64,000 nucleotides of DNA from Marsupella aquatica (GCA_973895155.1 OZ316893.1:21967617-22031616), one strand, 5' to 3'. Shown: positions 38,870 to 53,450, counted from the stretch's first letter. A program made the numbers and translations. Notes: a model not told the origin generated them from the sequence alone.

Positions 38870-41602
38870 TGATTACGTACAGCCTTCCCACTGCCCCGCC
38901 CGGCCACTGCTTGGTTTGGCACCAGAAAAATACTCAGAAATCCAGATTACAACTTAGCTATAACGAGATTGCCTTAGCTAGAAGCCCGAGGAGTTGATGG
39001 TTAGCTCGCTTCAACTTGTGAGGACTCTAAACATAATTCAGGACTAGAGGACAGCAAGGGATCGATGTTGCTTGCGCCAGGTGGGTAACTCGTCTACACG
39101 GAGCACTGCGACTGATGATCGAATGAACATTGTTCAACTAGTAGAAGCCCCTTATATACCGGATGCTACAGCAGGATCAAGCACGTGAGATGGAACAATG
39201 AGTGATTGACAAACTACTCAATCTCCACATGCAAATGACTGATCATTCTTGCTGCTTATGCTTTCAAGGACTGACCATAACTGATGAAAACCATGCACTA
39301 CCGACTACAGATAAACCATGTGTATATGACATCCCATTATCATTTTGGTGATTGAGGGGTACAAAATTCATTTGACGGACTACTCATAATCCGTTTTTTC
39401 CTCTATTTTTCTTTGAAAAATAGCATGTCCAGAACTATACCGTTCTGCTGGAATAGTTATATGGCGGAACCCTCTCCTGCTATCTTGTCTTATTTGAGTT
39501 ACTTACAGAGTACCCTCTGTACTTATTTAAGTTACGTACAGAGTACCCTCTTCTCGTTTTGCTTTGCTCTGGGTTCATTTTGTTTTGATTCCCCCAAACA
39601 AAAAATGAGGGAAACTACAGTAAGGGTATGATGGATTGTTTGGTCCCCCTCTTTCTCAACTATAAAATCTAAGGGTTTTCTCACACCCCAGCCATCCTGC
39701 CAGGTGCGAGGCCATTCTCTCAGGCTTAATAAGAAGAGAAAAGAGGAGGTGGCTGAGTGGACCTTTCTGGCCCCCTTTTCTCATTGATTCTATAAAAATT
39801 GACATTTTTCTCCCACCCTAGCTGTCCTGCCAAGTACACGACTATTCTACTCTAGGTGGGTTTCCCTTTCCTCTCCCAACTAAAAACAAATTGGAGAAAG
39901 GAGAGGTGTTTGAGTGAGGCCTTTTTTTTAACCCTGTTCATTTGCGCTGAGGGTTGGTTTCCGTTTCCTTTACCCTTAACAAAAAAGAGAAAAACTAGGC
40001 TGTGGTCCTTTTTCTACCCGTCTTTTACTGCCCCCCCACAAAAAGGAGAAAGGAAGGTTTTTGAGTGGGCCATTTTGTAACCGTTTTTCTAATTATGCTC
40101 GGGTTTTGTTTCCGTTTCCTTTATAGCATCTCCAAACCTACAGGGTTCTCTTTATTGGGTACAGTAGATATCCAGTCTGATAGCATCCTTTTTAATTTAT
40201 TGGAAGTCGCTATCATGGCCAACTAAAAGCAACCCCAACCAGCAATTTTTTCTTGTTTAATGTTTTTTCCAAAGTTGGCGAATAGCTTTAGAATGAGGCA
40301 AGATTCTACAGCAAGGAAAGACATTCAGCTTAGTTATTAGTATGGATGGTCAGTTGTCTAGCTAGAGTAGATTCGGTGATGTACACTGGGTACTTTTTGG
40401 CAAACCTCTCTACACCATAGATTCAATGGCAGCCGATGGCAAGATTTCTCCAAAGATTAGCCCTTAGTACCATTTTCCGGCCTTATTGTAGGTTCCTGGT
40501 GAATAGTTGCCCACAAAAAAATAGCTGGCCCCAACGCTGAAAGGATACATTTCTAAGTGGTGGCTATTAGGAACTTGCTACAATAAGTACAATACTTTCT
40601 GGTTGAAAGAAGAGTACAATATTATCTAATCTTAAGTGTGCCTTCTTAGTCTTGGGCTATTTTCTGCAGGGCTCTCTGGTTAGCGACACCTATTCATCTG
40701 AAACCCATAAACACTGAAACCTTCTCAGCATGCAATGCAGATATATATATATATACATATATATAAACACTTTCTCTTCATTCCAGTTGTCCAGTGGAGG
40801 GGAGAGCAATAATCTTGGCATTGAGGAACTCCCCTAATTAATTAGGGTATAGAACTAGAATGTTAAGAAAAACAGAACAGGTGGCACAAAATCAGAAATA
40901 TATATATGAATATATACAAGGACTAGCACACCATCTAGAGTAAGAAGAATTTAATAATTAGGCAATGCATAAGAAGCAAATGTTAAGAAAAACCTTGTAA
41001 GGTTTCATGAAATTAGAAATGAAACATAAGGGCTAGCGTGTCCTCTTGAATAAGAAGAATTGAAAAGTTAAACGAGCTGAAAGTAATTTATAAATTCAAA
41101 ATAATACAAAGCATACACATATATGGTTTAGACCAGATTGACATAAAACTTCTCTGTAAGTAACTCAAATAAGACAAGATAGCAGGAGAGGGTTTCCGCC
41201 ATATAAATATTACAGCAGAACGGTATAGTTCTGGACATGCTTTTTCCCAAAGAAAAATAAAGGAGGAAAAAAAGGATTATGAGTAGTCCGTCAAATGAAT
41301 TTTGTACACCTCAATCACCAAATTGATAATGGGATGTCATATACATATGGTTTGTCTGTAGTCTGTAGTGCATGGTTTAATTTTCATCAGTTATGGTCAG
41401 TCCTTGAAAGCATAAGCAGCAAGAATGATCAGTCATTTGCATGTGGAGATTGAGTAGTTTGTCAATCACTCATTGTTCCGTCTCACGTGCTTGATCCTGC
41501 TTGTGGCATCCGGTATATAAGGGGCTTCTGCTAGCTGAAAAATGCGCATTCATCAGTCGCATTGCTCAGTGTAGACGAGTTGCCCACCTTACCTGGCGAA
41601 AG

Positions 41603-41758
41603 CAACATCCCTTGCTGTCCTCTAGTCCTGAATTGGTGATAGTTTATGCCTAGAGTCCTCACAAGTTGAAGCGAGTTAATCAACATCCCTTGCTCTCCTC
41701 TAGGCCTGAATTGGTGATAGTCTATGCCTAGAGTCCTCACAAGTTGAAGCGAGCTAAT
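41603..41758. repeat. 78-bp tandem duplication in the 5' leader of F-box copy 4
   Basis: CAACATCCCTTGCT..AAGTTGAAGCGAG starts at 41603 and 41681; it is single in copy 6 (about 53900). Confidence 0.85.
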
Positions 41759-41888
41759 CATCAACTCCTCGGGGCTTCTAGCTAAGGCATTCTCATTATA
41801 GCTAGCTGTAATCTGGATTTCTGAGTATTTTTCTGGTGCCAAACCAAGCAGTGGCCGGGCGGGGCAGTGGGAAGGCTGTACGTAATCA

Positions 41889-43098
41889 ATGGCCGGGAGG
41901 TTGCGATTGACGCCACCAATGAGCTACGAGGACCTGGAGGAAGAACTGCTACCAGGCATCCCCAATGACATCACCCTGCACGAGATTACTCCAAAGCTGT
42001 CGTTTTCTGAAATTTCCGAGCTTCTTTGACAAGCAGTATTTGGGAGAAGGCTATTCAAGGTCATCTTGTCGAGGATGCGAGAGTTCGTAGTAACTCTGAA
42101 AAGAGTTTTGCTGTTTTTCTGCGGACATTTAATGGGCATGCAAAAGGTGTTGCTGACAATAGGACCACAATTTGGCTGTACTCCATGACACAAAAAACTT
42201 GGTTCGAACTTCCTCCAATCCCTGGCATTCGGAAAGGCTTTCCACATCGTTGCCAAGTTGTTTCAGTGGATTGCAAGATATATGTTGTGGGAGGAGCACG
42301 TTCTAACAAACTGCACGAGGTTAGAGAGATGAGCCGATCACATGGGAGGAGGAACGTATACATGATGGATTTGGTAGGACCAAAGAAATGGAAGGAATGT
42401 GCACAAATGGGAGAAGCAAGACAAGATTTTGGTGCTGGTGTCATGAATGGGAAGATTTATGTTTTTGGGGGTGCGTCCAATTGTAAACTTACATGCGGAG
42501 CAGAAGTTTATGACCCTAAAGCTGATTGCTGGTCTCCCATAAAGCCCATGTTATCGAAATTCCATGCTTTTCATCAGGTTGTGACAGTTGGGGAGGAGCT
42601 TTTTGTCCAGGGCTCGATCATTCGTGACTCCACTGATAGAGAAATTGATGATCCAAACCAGATTAATAATATCCTTGAGAATCCGCTCAAGTCTGTGAAG
42701 ATCTATCACCCTGGAAAGGATTTCATGTGGGAGGCGATTTTGGAGCATCCTTCGCTGTCCAAGGAAATTTCTATCATATGACTCCTATTGGCGTTTATAT
42801 GTATAATACAGAAAATCAGTCATGGTCACTTGTTCAATCATGTTCCTTTACTAATAATCAAGGGCGGTTGCAACATGGGCACAATGTTAGAAGCGCCCTT
42901 TCTGTGGCAAAGGAGCTTTTAGCAATCGTAAGAATAGATTATAGTTTCTTGAATTCTGAAGAACACCTGCTACATACAAAAGGGTTTGGTCCGAACAACA
43001 AACAGATCAACCGGGAGATGATAGTAGAATGGCCTCCGCTAAGTCCCAAGGCAGTGCCTGGACACAGTGTAGCCTATCAGTTGGTCTGTTCAATTTAA
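41889..43098 (+). pseudogene. F-box/Kelch copy 4 (1-bp deletion near 42022, about 34-bp deletion at about 42720)
   Basis: ATG GCC GGG AGG at 41889. The frame breaks twice relative to copy 1; stop at 43098. Confidence 0.88.
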
Positions 43099-43790
43099 CT
43101 GTGAGCAATGCATGGCGGAATATATCAATTCCTCACCAATTAATAATTTTTGGCATTCCTCATTTCCCAATAATTGGAACACTTTATTTGATCTTCCGAG
43201 ACGTCTCTTTTCTTCCAGTGTCAAGGATCAATCGATCATATGGAAATATCTTTTGTTTGTTTGTAGAATGGATGAAAATTAAACATTGGCACCTCGGGTG
43301 CCTAGCTAGGATTCAAATTGTTTTTCAACAGCAGGCACAGGTGCGTCTATCACTAATTGGAGGGCCGGCCCGTTGGAAAGAGGAAATACACCGACTAAGA
43401 TGCGGATTGAAATATCGAAACAACACCCGCCAGTGCCTTAGTAAGGCCTCCTGCCGACATGCGCCGGCCTCATGGTTGATCAGAGATTAGTCTTCGTCAA
43501 TGACTTGCTGCAAAGCAGTTGAAGATGTAAAATATAAGATCGATGCTATTCAAAACAACCTCATCATGTCATCATGTGGATTCAAATATTAACCGAATGC
43601 TTCCTTGGAACATCACTTTAAATATATTAAATATATAAGTAATGAGGTGTGGCAGGAATATATTTGTTTATTGAAAGCGAATAAGCTAGTTTGCAATAAA
43701 GTATGATGGCTAGATAAAACCTGCCTAACACAAACCTGTCGAAATATAAATAAATAAATAAATATATATAGTAAGGGATGCAATAGGCTC

Positions 43791-44640
43791 ATCTTGTGAA
43801 GGAGTAGAGCCTTTGAACCGTCGAAAGTCCTTTCTGTACTCAGGTAGTTGCGTCGAAAGCAATGAGCTCGACCTGAATCGCTGAAATCTACACTACGTAT
43901 CTGTTCGGACTCTTAAAGAATGACTGCCTCTTGCTCTGCGCTGAGGATCTCGTGAGCTTCCCTGTCTATGACTTTGGGTTCTTGCTGCCATTTACCCTCA
44001 TTCCCAGTAAGCTTTGTCGGAAGTGACACAGGAGCTTCATCGGAGAGTTCTGGAGATTGAAGTGTCTGTCTCTAGAATCTAGAGCTATCCCCCTGGATTG
44101 TGGTTACTTGGATTGAACTTCTAGGCCAGCATTGTGAGCAGCCGGTCAATGTTTCTGACAGACGGTTCCTTAACATTTTGCAGCTGAGGCCGTCATTCTT
44201 GGTTTCCAGCATTACATCGTCAACCTGGGGACGATCGTTATCTTCACCAACATTATTGTGAGAGCGATGGGAGGAGATGACGTAAGCTTTCACTCCACGA
44301 TCTGTGATTTAGCTTACCTGAAGGAGACCCTAAACTTAGGATCTCCTTTTATCTCGCTATGGGGGGTTGGGTGTTTCCCGAAGTGCAGTGGAATGCAGAT
44401 TTTGGAAGCGTGGGAGCGATCCCCGTACGTTCCCCCGTCTCTGTTCCTCGATGGTAAATGTTGTCTGGGTTGAAATCTTAAGGACTGTTCTTGTTGAAAT
44501 CTAGGTTGTCTGTTTTGTGCGCCAGCCCATGTCGAGTTCAGGACGTCCATTACATTCTTTCTGTACGCACTGTCGAGGAATCTCAACGTGCCTATCCGTT
44601 ATGAGGATCGAGCTAATAATAATGTGTGCATGATGTTCGA
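43791..44640 (-). mobile_element. About 850-bp insertion inside the CUL1 exon remnant flanking copy 4; possibly a retroelement gag-like fragment
   Basis: Interrupts CAATAGGCTC...GAAGAGTGTGTA, which is contiguous in the paralogs. It carries Q/R-rich minus-strand ORF pieces, but no diagnostic motif was recognised. Confidence 0.35.
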
Positions 44641-44814
44641 AGAGTGTGTACATTCTGGAGATCGAGGTCTGATACCTGCGGGATGAACCAAGTATCTGAA
44701 TAAATACCGTTCCCGGAGTATTCACAGTCGTACTACCAGCGCATAAAAATATGGACTTCTTTTAAATAGAATCCATTACTTAATTCAGACCGTCTGAAAA
44801 TTCTCTCACCGAGT

Positions 44815-47467
44815 ACTCGGACTTTGTACAAACTGATACAAAAGATGAGTACGAAATGATTTGATATGCTATTCAAACTGTTACAAAATTCTCATGACTA
44901 AAATTCTCCCGTCCACTGGTGAGGAATGTGAAGCCCAAATTTATGACAACCAATCACTGTCTTCCTGAAATCCCACCAACAGCCGAGATATAATGGAACA
45001 CTGTCAAACACACGAGGCCAAACTGGCATGAATCAGACCAATACTACAAGTACAATTTTTCCAATCAGGGGGGTTTCAAACCCGTTTAAAACCCTACTTG
45101 AACTGGGTTGTGCCTAATTATGTTTCAATCTCACTATGTACTACACGCTTAATGCCTGTAACACCTATTATCTTACACGTCGCCTTCTCTGACTAATTTT
45201 TCCAAACCGCCGCGCCATTCCGAAAATAAGGACTTTGCCAACAGCTCCTTTATCAACACCACAAGCCAAAGCAACGGCTCCTCCTACAACAAGCCACCGC
45301 ATGTAGCTAGATTTCGATGACTGCTCTGGTAATTGTACGACTGCTATGTCATCACGCTCAGAAGGAGGTGATATCAACGTTTCAACAAAATTGGAAGGAA
45401 CTTTGGTATAAACATTGGCAAACAATGCACTCTTCGACAGGACCATGCCCTGCTTCCGTTTCGCCTGGTACAACTTGATTCCAGGTTCCATCTTCTTGAC
45501 ACATCCCCACATGCCTTGCCTGATTCCAAGTTTCGCAAGATCACGCTAGCTGTATCCCCATGTCTTCGTTATGGAAAAGCATAACTTCACAACTGGTGAG
45601 ATTTCCGTTGACTGCTTCCACTGTCGAAACAAACCGACGGCACCATTAGCAACTCAGCAATTGTACATCACTGTCTGTTGTGAGTCAGCACAGGTCTCCC
45701 TCATGGAGAACCAAATTGCGAACTCAGGTCTCCATGAGGGAGAACTATGTTGACAATTTCTCATGGAGACCTGTGTTCACAATTTCGCCACAGATCCGTC
45801 TGGAGCTTCAAAAGCAAGACTCACATGGCATTTTGCTTTCGGAAACTAAACACTCTCCAAAGAAGATTTTTTCCCATCACACCTTTCAATACAATACACC
45901 AAAATACTTCACAACACTATTTCTGCATAAGCAAATGCGAATCCCCCCACAATCCTCCCAAGATCGTCACACGCCACAGAGCCTAATGCCACTCACATAA
46001 GTAGGTTTGAGAATCCACCAAACCAAATCCAGATGTCTGTCCAGAACAAAAAAGGTAAGGTTATGAGACTGATGAACTTGATGGGGACCTGGGCGGATGC
46101 ACCAGCTGGAGAAATAATTATCCACCCTCCTTGGCGCAGCCTGTCTTGGTATTTTCGGATAATTTACTGCCTGCAATAATAAATGCAAATCTTTTTACAT
46201 TCTCCAACCATTGCTGCAAGGACAATTCAACTTCCTCAGTGTAAATCTTGAACAAGGTTCAACTACTGGCTATGTAGCACATTATTCTTTCTTCCACCAA
46301 GCTTCAGACATTGCGATGACCAGTTTGATTGGGCGGGAAAGTTAGGCCTTGAATTGAAGTGGAAGGTAACCAGAAACAAATTTTCATTCACATATGAAAA
46401 GCAAACACAGATGTACAGAATCAGAAGCATGTTCAAGTCCAATAAACAAAAAGAACGCCAGAGTTGGATCAACTCTAGACGAAACCATGACGACGATCAA
46501 ATGAACGCTCGCAAATTAAGTTGATGCAGATGAATCTGATTTGAGATTCTCTACGACAGTGGTGACTCAAAAAACAGGCCAAACATGAAACAGGTCCCAA
46601 ACATCCCCAATCATCCCTGCTCCAACGTAACGGAACATACCTGAGTCAGGCAATAATACGAGGTGCCAGCCGCCCAAATTCTGCGACTGATCGTATACTC
46701 TCGATCCTTACAGAAGACTGGAAACTGCATGCAGCAGACGTATGGAATGCACATCAGTATTGAACGAGAACCGAGGAACGTGGCCTTAGAAAATGAAAGG
46801 GGAAATCCTAGAGGCCCGTGCATGCTCCACTCCAGGATGACGATGACAACTTAGCATGATCGAAAACAAATCTTGGCGGGATAAGACAACACGGCAATGG
46901 GAGTCTACTGGGCCACTTCCCAGTCACAGTAATGACAAGCCGAGCCAGGCTAGCTTCCTGTCATCTGTGAGACCTGGAAACGCAATGTACTATAATTCTC
47001 ACTTTATAATTAGTTGCAGGGAGAACGAACGAGAAGAAGTTAATAATTGAGGGAGAGAAGAATCAATGAGAGGGAAATACATGAGAACAGAGTGAATGAA
47101 TGAAAGATGGACAATAAAAGATGAGAGCGCAACCTTTCGGACCCACTGTACACCCGTCCGCGGACATTCCTATGTGTCGATCTGGCACAGCCCTACTTAA
47201 GGTTGACCCGTGTCCTTTCAGTTCACGCGCGACCCTTCCTGCCTTTAGTGGAGCACATCCAAAAGGCAGCAGCACGATGATACACCAGGCGAAGTTGAAA
47301 TGACGAACTGCTCTGCTCCTCTTCACGAAAACTTACAGTTGTAGACACAGATATATAGTCAAACTCTGGCCTACGGGAAAGTTGATAGAAAGTAGACTCC
47401 GGCAGAGAAATATACGCGCTAGAGATGGAATCGAACGTAGCTATGCCTCGAATCGGTCTCCTCCTCC
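44815..47467 (-). pseudogene. Inverted partial duplicate of the START gene (lacks exons 1-2 and most of exon 3; frameshift in the last exon)
   Basis: 45168-47160 mirrors about 17450-19498 including introns. 47165-47467 mirrors parts of the 5'-UTR intron. A 4-bp insertion gives CTAGCT at 45546-45551. Confidence 0.92.
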
Positions 47468-48463
47468 TTTCTTATCTACGTCCTGCAAGTAGCTAGCTTG
47501 GCTCGGGGCTTGGATACGTAGTTAAAATCTCATGATTGTTTATTATTAATCATGAAACCACTTCTAGGAAAAATAGTGGCGGTTAATTACACTGGGTGCA
47601 CTTGAAGAAAAGAATGCTCACTATAAATTAACATGAAGTAGGAAATAGATATATAATAAGAATCATGAAAGTAGATAATCATGACAACTTGAAACAGACC
47701 TTTCCCACACTACAGCACGCTACATTCATTAGCCAATGTGCACTAGGAAAATTACTAAGCCCTTATCATAATGGGATGTCATACATATATGGTTTGTCTC
47801 TAGTCAGTAATGCATCGTTTTTATCAGTTATGGTCCGTCCTTGAAAATATAAACGAGCAAGAGTGATCAGTCATTTGCATGTGGACATTGAGTAGTTTGT
47901 CGATCACTCATTGTTCCATATCACGAGTTATGGTCAGTCCTAGCTTGAAAGCAAGAGCAGCAAGAATGATCAGTCATGTGCATGTGGAGATCCGTCATAT
48001 GAATTTTGTAACCCTCAATCACCAAAATGATAATGGGATGTCATATACGTATGGTTTGTCTGTAGTCGGTAGTGCATGGTTTTCATCAGTTATGGTCAGT
48101 CCTTGAAAGTATAAGCAGCAAGAATGATCAGTCAGTTGCATGTGGAGATTGAGTAGTTTGTCCATCACATTGTTCCGTCTCACGTGCTTGATCCTGCTGT
48201 AGCATCCGGTATATAAGGGGCTTCTGCTAGCTGAAAAATGCTCATTCATCAGTCGCAGTGCTCCGTGAAAATTTATGCCTAGACTCCTGATAAGTTGAAG
48301 CGAGCTAAATCATCAACCTGAAGCGAGCTAATCATCAACTCGTCGGGCTTCTAGACAAAGCATTCTCGTGATAGCTAGTTGTAATCTGGATTTCGGAGTA
48401 TTTTTCTGGTGCCAAACCAAGCAGTGAGTGGATATTTTTCTGGTGCCAAACCAAGCAGTGAGC

Positions 48464-48886
48464 GGATGAGTGGAGGTTGATGGAGCCTTTGGGGATTGGC
48501 GTTCGTGTGGGAGGCGATTTTGGAGCATCCTTCGCTGTCCAAGGAAATTTCTATCATATGACTCCTATTGGCGTTTATATGTATAATACAGAAAATCAGT
48601 CATGGTCACTTGTTCAATCATGTTCCTTTACTAATGATCAAGGACGGTTGCAACATGGGCACAATGTTAGAAGCGCCCTTTCTGTGGCAAAGGAGCTTTT
48701 AGCAATAGTTAGAATAGATCGATTATAGTTTCTTGAATTCTGAAGAACATGCACCTGCTACATACAAAAGGGTTTGGTCAGAACAACAAACAGATCAACC
48801 GGGAGATGATAGTAGAATGGCCTTCTCTAAGTCCCAAGGCAGTGCCTGGACACAGTGTAGCCTATCAGTTGCTCTGTTCAATTTAA
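48464..48886 (+). pseudogene. F-box/Kelch copy 5: 3' third only, fused directly to its own 5' leader by an internal deletion
   Basis: Leader CCAAACCAAGCAGTG (duplicated) is joined to GATGAGTGGAGG (DEWR). Two further 4-bp insertions at 48717-48722 and 48748-48753. Confidence 0.85.
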
Positions 48887-51461
48887 GTTTGAGCAATGCA
48901 TGGCGGAATATATCATTGCCTCCCCAATTAATATATTTTGGCATTCCTCATTTCCCAATAATTTGAGCACTTTTATTTGATCTTCCGAGACGTCTCTTTT
49001 CTGCCAGTGTCAAGGATCAATCGATCATATGGAAATATCTTTTGTTTGTTTGTAGAATGGATGAAAATTAAACATTAGCAACTCGGATGCCTAGCTAGGA
49101 TTCAAATTGTTTCTCAACAGGCACGCATAGGTGCGTCTATTACTAATCGGGGGCCAACCCTATGGAAAGAGGAAATCTGCAGACTAAGATGCTGATTGAA
49201 ATGTCGAAAACAACACCCGCCAGTGCCTTAGTAACGCCTTCTGCCGACATGTTTACATTTTTGGGGAAGCTATTTGAGGGGGACATGCGCCGGCCCCATG
49301 CTTGATCAGTGATTCGTATTAGTCAATGACTTGCTGCAAAGCAGTTGAAGGTGTAATATATAAGATCGATGCTATTCAAACCAACCTCATCATGTCATCA
49401 TGTGGATTTAAATATTAACCGAATGCTTCCTTAAGTATTAACTTACATAAATATATAAGTAATTAATGAGGTGTGGCAGGAATATATTTGTTTATTGAAA
49501 GCGAATAAGCTAGTTTGCAATAAAGTATGGTGGCAAGATAAAACCTGCCTAACACAAACCTGTCGAAATATATATATAGGGCTGCAATAGGCTCCAGCCT
49601 CTCGGAATCCTGCGAAAGAGTACGTGTGTACATTCTGGAGATCGAGGTCTGATACCTGCGGGATGAACCAAGTATCTGACTGACTAGAAAAGAACCAGCA
49701 GCTCGAAGATACAGGAAGGGTAACTGAGACAGCAGCTTGGAAATCAATATAATACACGAATAAAATACGATTCCCGGAGCGTTCAGTCATACTACCAACG
49801 CAAAAAGTCTGGACTTCTTTGAAATAGAATCCATTAATTAATTCAGACCGTCTGAAAATTCTCTCGCTGAGTTTCCTTGCTCCCTCTTAGCAGTCTCTAC
49901 ACTGAAGAGAACTCCTATTTCCACTCTGCGCCTAGCCCGAGCTGTGCGTCGTTCGTAGTCTCCATGGATCTAGCCAAGCATATAGCTAGTCTCAAGCCCG
50001 AGGTTTCGATCATTTCTTGGGAATACTTTAATTTATGCTAATCCTGTTGTAGGAGTCAATTATTCAGCCCAGATCTAAATGGATCTCGATCTCACACATC
50101 ATGAATATATGTTTTGAGACACCGAGTTATTGAAAGCTCTTTGCCCGGAAGGACATATGAAGTTAACTGAAGAGATAATAAGCAGCATGCAGGCCAATTA
50201 AGAGTAAGACAGCCAACTCAATATGGGGAATGGAAGTGCCAAGTTCTGAACGGAAAGATGAAGTAGGAAGAAGGCTAATTAAGGCTCCTTAATATAACTT
50301 AAATAGGCCAAGCTCTAGCTGAAAGATCGATTGACTAGTGAAGTTGACTGCTGACAATGACACACATATTACTAAATCGATGCAGAGTCTCACAACTTAT
50401 TGTAAGTAGCTATCACAACCATCTGAAACTCAGCCCTAAGTAACCCTTGTCTGGTAATGTTCCTAAAATTACAGCTGGATCAGCAACTGTCTACCCGAGA
50501 TTACAATCTTGAAAACCCTGTAACAAGCATATATATAATTGCCTTTCGTAGAGAGATCCAATACTTAACCAATAAACCCAGGCCATGAAAGTCTGATAAC
50601 TTTTATTAGAGTGATTAATTGGGTACGGTTGGACCTGACTTTTTGTGGTTTGGTTTGCTGGGTCCAACCAACACAGTAACCAAACCCAGTAGGGCTTAGA
50701 GATGCTCTAATAAATTATTGGATGGAAATCTCATCCCAGCTTACGACTCAAACAAAATGAGAAAAAGTAGCAAGGATGAACCAGGTTGTTTCCTACAACT
50801 GACAATTACTTGGATGGGCTTTTCCTACAAATCACTGCAAAATAACAAAAAGCACCTGTTCTGTTGGTGGCTTGGTAGGCGCGCTGGTTACTTTGTGAGC
50901 TTATGTTCTGGATTTATCTTGGATTTTTTGTTTAGACCACCTGGCCATCTTTCTGTTCCATGTGTCCTACTGGCCGATGTAGGTTTTTGGTGTTTGTTGC
51001 TGGTGTACCCTTAACCTGAGTAGTTGAGCCTGTAAGTCTTTGGACTTAGTTTCCCCTTTGCAAAGGTTTCATGTTTGTAGTTTTGCCCTTCTGGGCCGTT
51101 TGGACCCCTTCTCCTTGTTTTATAAAATCCCTAGGGGGTTAATTTACTGTATAGTTTGGAATACCATATATGTGATCCTAGCTTAATCTCAATACTCATA
51201 TTTTATAAAGATAAGCTTCTAGGAATATTTTGTTTATCACAATGTCATTATTTTCAGTTTAAGTTTGATTCTGCCAGAAAATTAACACAAGTCACCTTAG
51301 TCCTTTGCATCCAATGGCTGTCATTGCACTCAGTGTTGCAAGTGTCTGTCGGGCCCAATCTCCCTCAAAGTTACTTTGATTGACCACCCTTGCCTCCAAC
51401 TCAGTATGTCTTGCAACATGTCCTGGGCACATGGCCTCTCATTCTCTGCGCAGGGAGAGGC

Positions 51462-51933
51462 CCCAGGTATGCAACTCCCCTTTTTATAAGACAAGTTTTT
51501 AATTCATTATAATAGCCTTATATCCAATTGACCATCTTAGATTTCATTTTAGTCTAAAGTCTTGTACCTCTCAACTCAAGGAATCCAAAAATATAACTTA
51601 GAAAAAACCAAACATGTTTTGATGTAGAAAAAGTTTATCAAAACCAAATTATATGGATTTTTTAATACAGAGGTCTACATCCAAACTAACCAGCTATTTA
51701 GTATTTTTATTAAAATTTTAAAAATCTTTTAAATACAAATTTCCAAGATGTGTAGGAATATTTTTTAATTTCATATGGAAAAAGAAGAAAACCCCACCTT
51801 TTATATGACTTGAAAATTTTTAAAAGTGGAAAACCCAGGTGTTTTTCAAATTTTAATTATTTTGTATAGTCAACTTTTTAGTCCATATGAAAATGTAGAC
51901 CCCTGCCTGTTATACAAGAGCTGTGTACCCCTG
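51462..51933. mobile_element. MITE of the 'CCCGGGTA' family (inverted paralog of copy A)
   Basis: CCCAGGTATGCAACTC...GAGCTGTGTACCCCTG with TSD GGAGAGGC at 51454-51461 and 51934-51941. Confidence 0.8.
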
Positions 51934-52599
51934 GGAGAGGCCATGCAGTGGGAAACGTTAATATGCAGTCTGAAACAGAGGTCATGCCTGGGATGGACAT
52001 AGGCAGAGCAAGTGAAGCCAACCCACTCCTCGTCCCTGGCTTGGGTGATCAAAGTCACATTGAAGGAGACCGGAGGCATACAATTGCAACACTAGGGGTG
52101 CTGATTGTCATTGCATAAGAGGGAGCTAAACTGGCTTAATTTTCTTACCCAGCTAATGAGAAACGGACATTGTGATAAATAGAAAACAAGCATGTGGCAA
52201 GTGGGGTGGCAAGGTACATATTATGTCACAGATTAATGGCAATATAGTAAATCCCAGTTATAAGATATAAGGGTTTACCTTGCCCAAGCCAGCTATTTTA
52301 CCAAGTGCACAACCATTCTGGTCAGGCTCACTAAAGTTTTCCATAGAGTGGTCAATCAAGGGTGACTTAACATTCAGACACTGCTTCAGCGATTCACATT
52401 TAGAAGACACGCTAGAATTTCCAGAGGTGCTTCATCCTAAGTCACCAAGAATTCCAAACCAGACAGCTCCATGGCTGAGGGAGCTGCTTCATGTTGTTAG
52501 AGAGCTCCTTGTTAACTCACCCGCCTCAGATTTGTAACTTAGCTGTGTGAGGTGATTTAGGGCTAATCGTTTTGGGCTGTCACCAGTCTGCCCTGCATT

Positions 52600-53450
52600 A
52601 AAACAGGATAAAGAATGTGTTTCAAAACTGGACATTTTGTCCCTGTTTCTAATATGATCAAATGTAAGGGTTTTCTCTCACCCTAACCATCCTGCCGTTT
52701 GTTACCCTCTTCTCGTTCTGCTTTGCTCTGGTTTGATTTTGTTTTGATTCCCCCAAACAAAAAATAAGGAGGGAAACTACAGTAAGGGTATGATGGATTG
52801 TTTGGTGCCCCTCTTTCTCAAACTATAAAATCTAAGGTTTTCTCACACCCTAGCCATCCTGCCAGGTGCGCGGCCATTCTCCTCAGGCTTGGTTTCCCTT
52901 TCCACTCTTCAAAGAAAAGGGAGAGAAAAGAGGTTTGAGTGGACCATTTTGTACCCCTTTTCTTGTTCTGTGTGGGGCTTGGTTTCCCTCTCGGTTTCCC
53001 TTTCCCCCTTCCCCCCTTCCCCCAAACACCCCCTCACCCCTACCACCACCACCAAAGAGGAGGTGGCTGAGTGGACCTTTCTGTCCCCCTTTTCTCATTG
53101 ATTCTATAAAAATTGACATTTTTCTCTCACCCTAGCTGTCCTGCCAAGTACACGACTATTCTACTCAAGGTGGGTTTCCCTTTCCTCTCCCAACCAAACA
53201 CAAACTGGAGAAAAGAGAGGTGTTTGAGTGGGGCCTTTTTTTAAACCCTGTTCTATTGCGCTCAGGGCTGGTTTCCGTTTACCCTTAACAAAAAAGAGAA
53301 AAACTAGGCATATGAGTGGTCCGTTTTCTACCCGGTCTTTTACTGCCCCCCACAAAAAGGAGAAAAGGAGGTGTTTGAGTGGGCCATTTTGTAACCTTTT
53401 TTCTGGTTATGTTCGGGTTGGGCATTCTGGTTTCCGTTTTCCTTTATAGC
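52600..53450. repeat. Degenerate repeat array (GAGTGG(A/G)CCATTTTGTACCC / GGTTTCCCTTTCC units); paralogs at about 26380-26870, 35400-35580, 39540-40120 and 63850-64000
   Basis: The GAGTGG(A/G)CC(A/T)TTT motif recurs at roughly 52937, 53069, 53227, 53314 and 53377. Confidence 0.6.
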
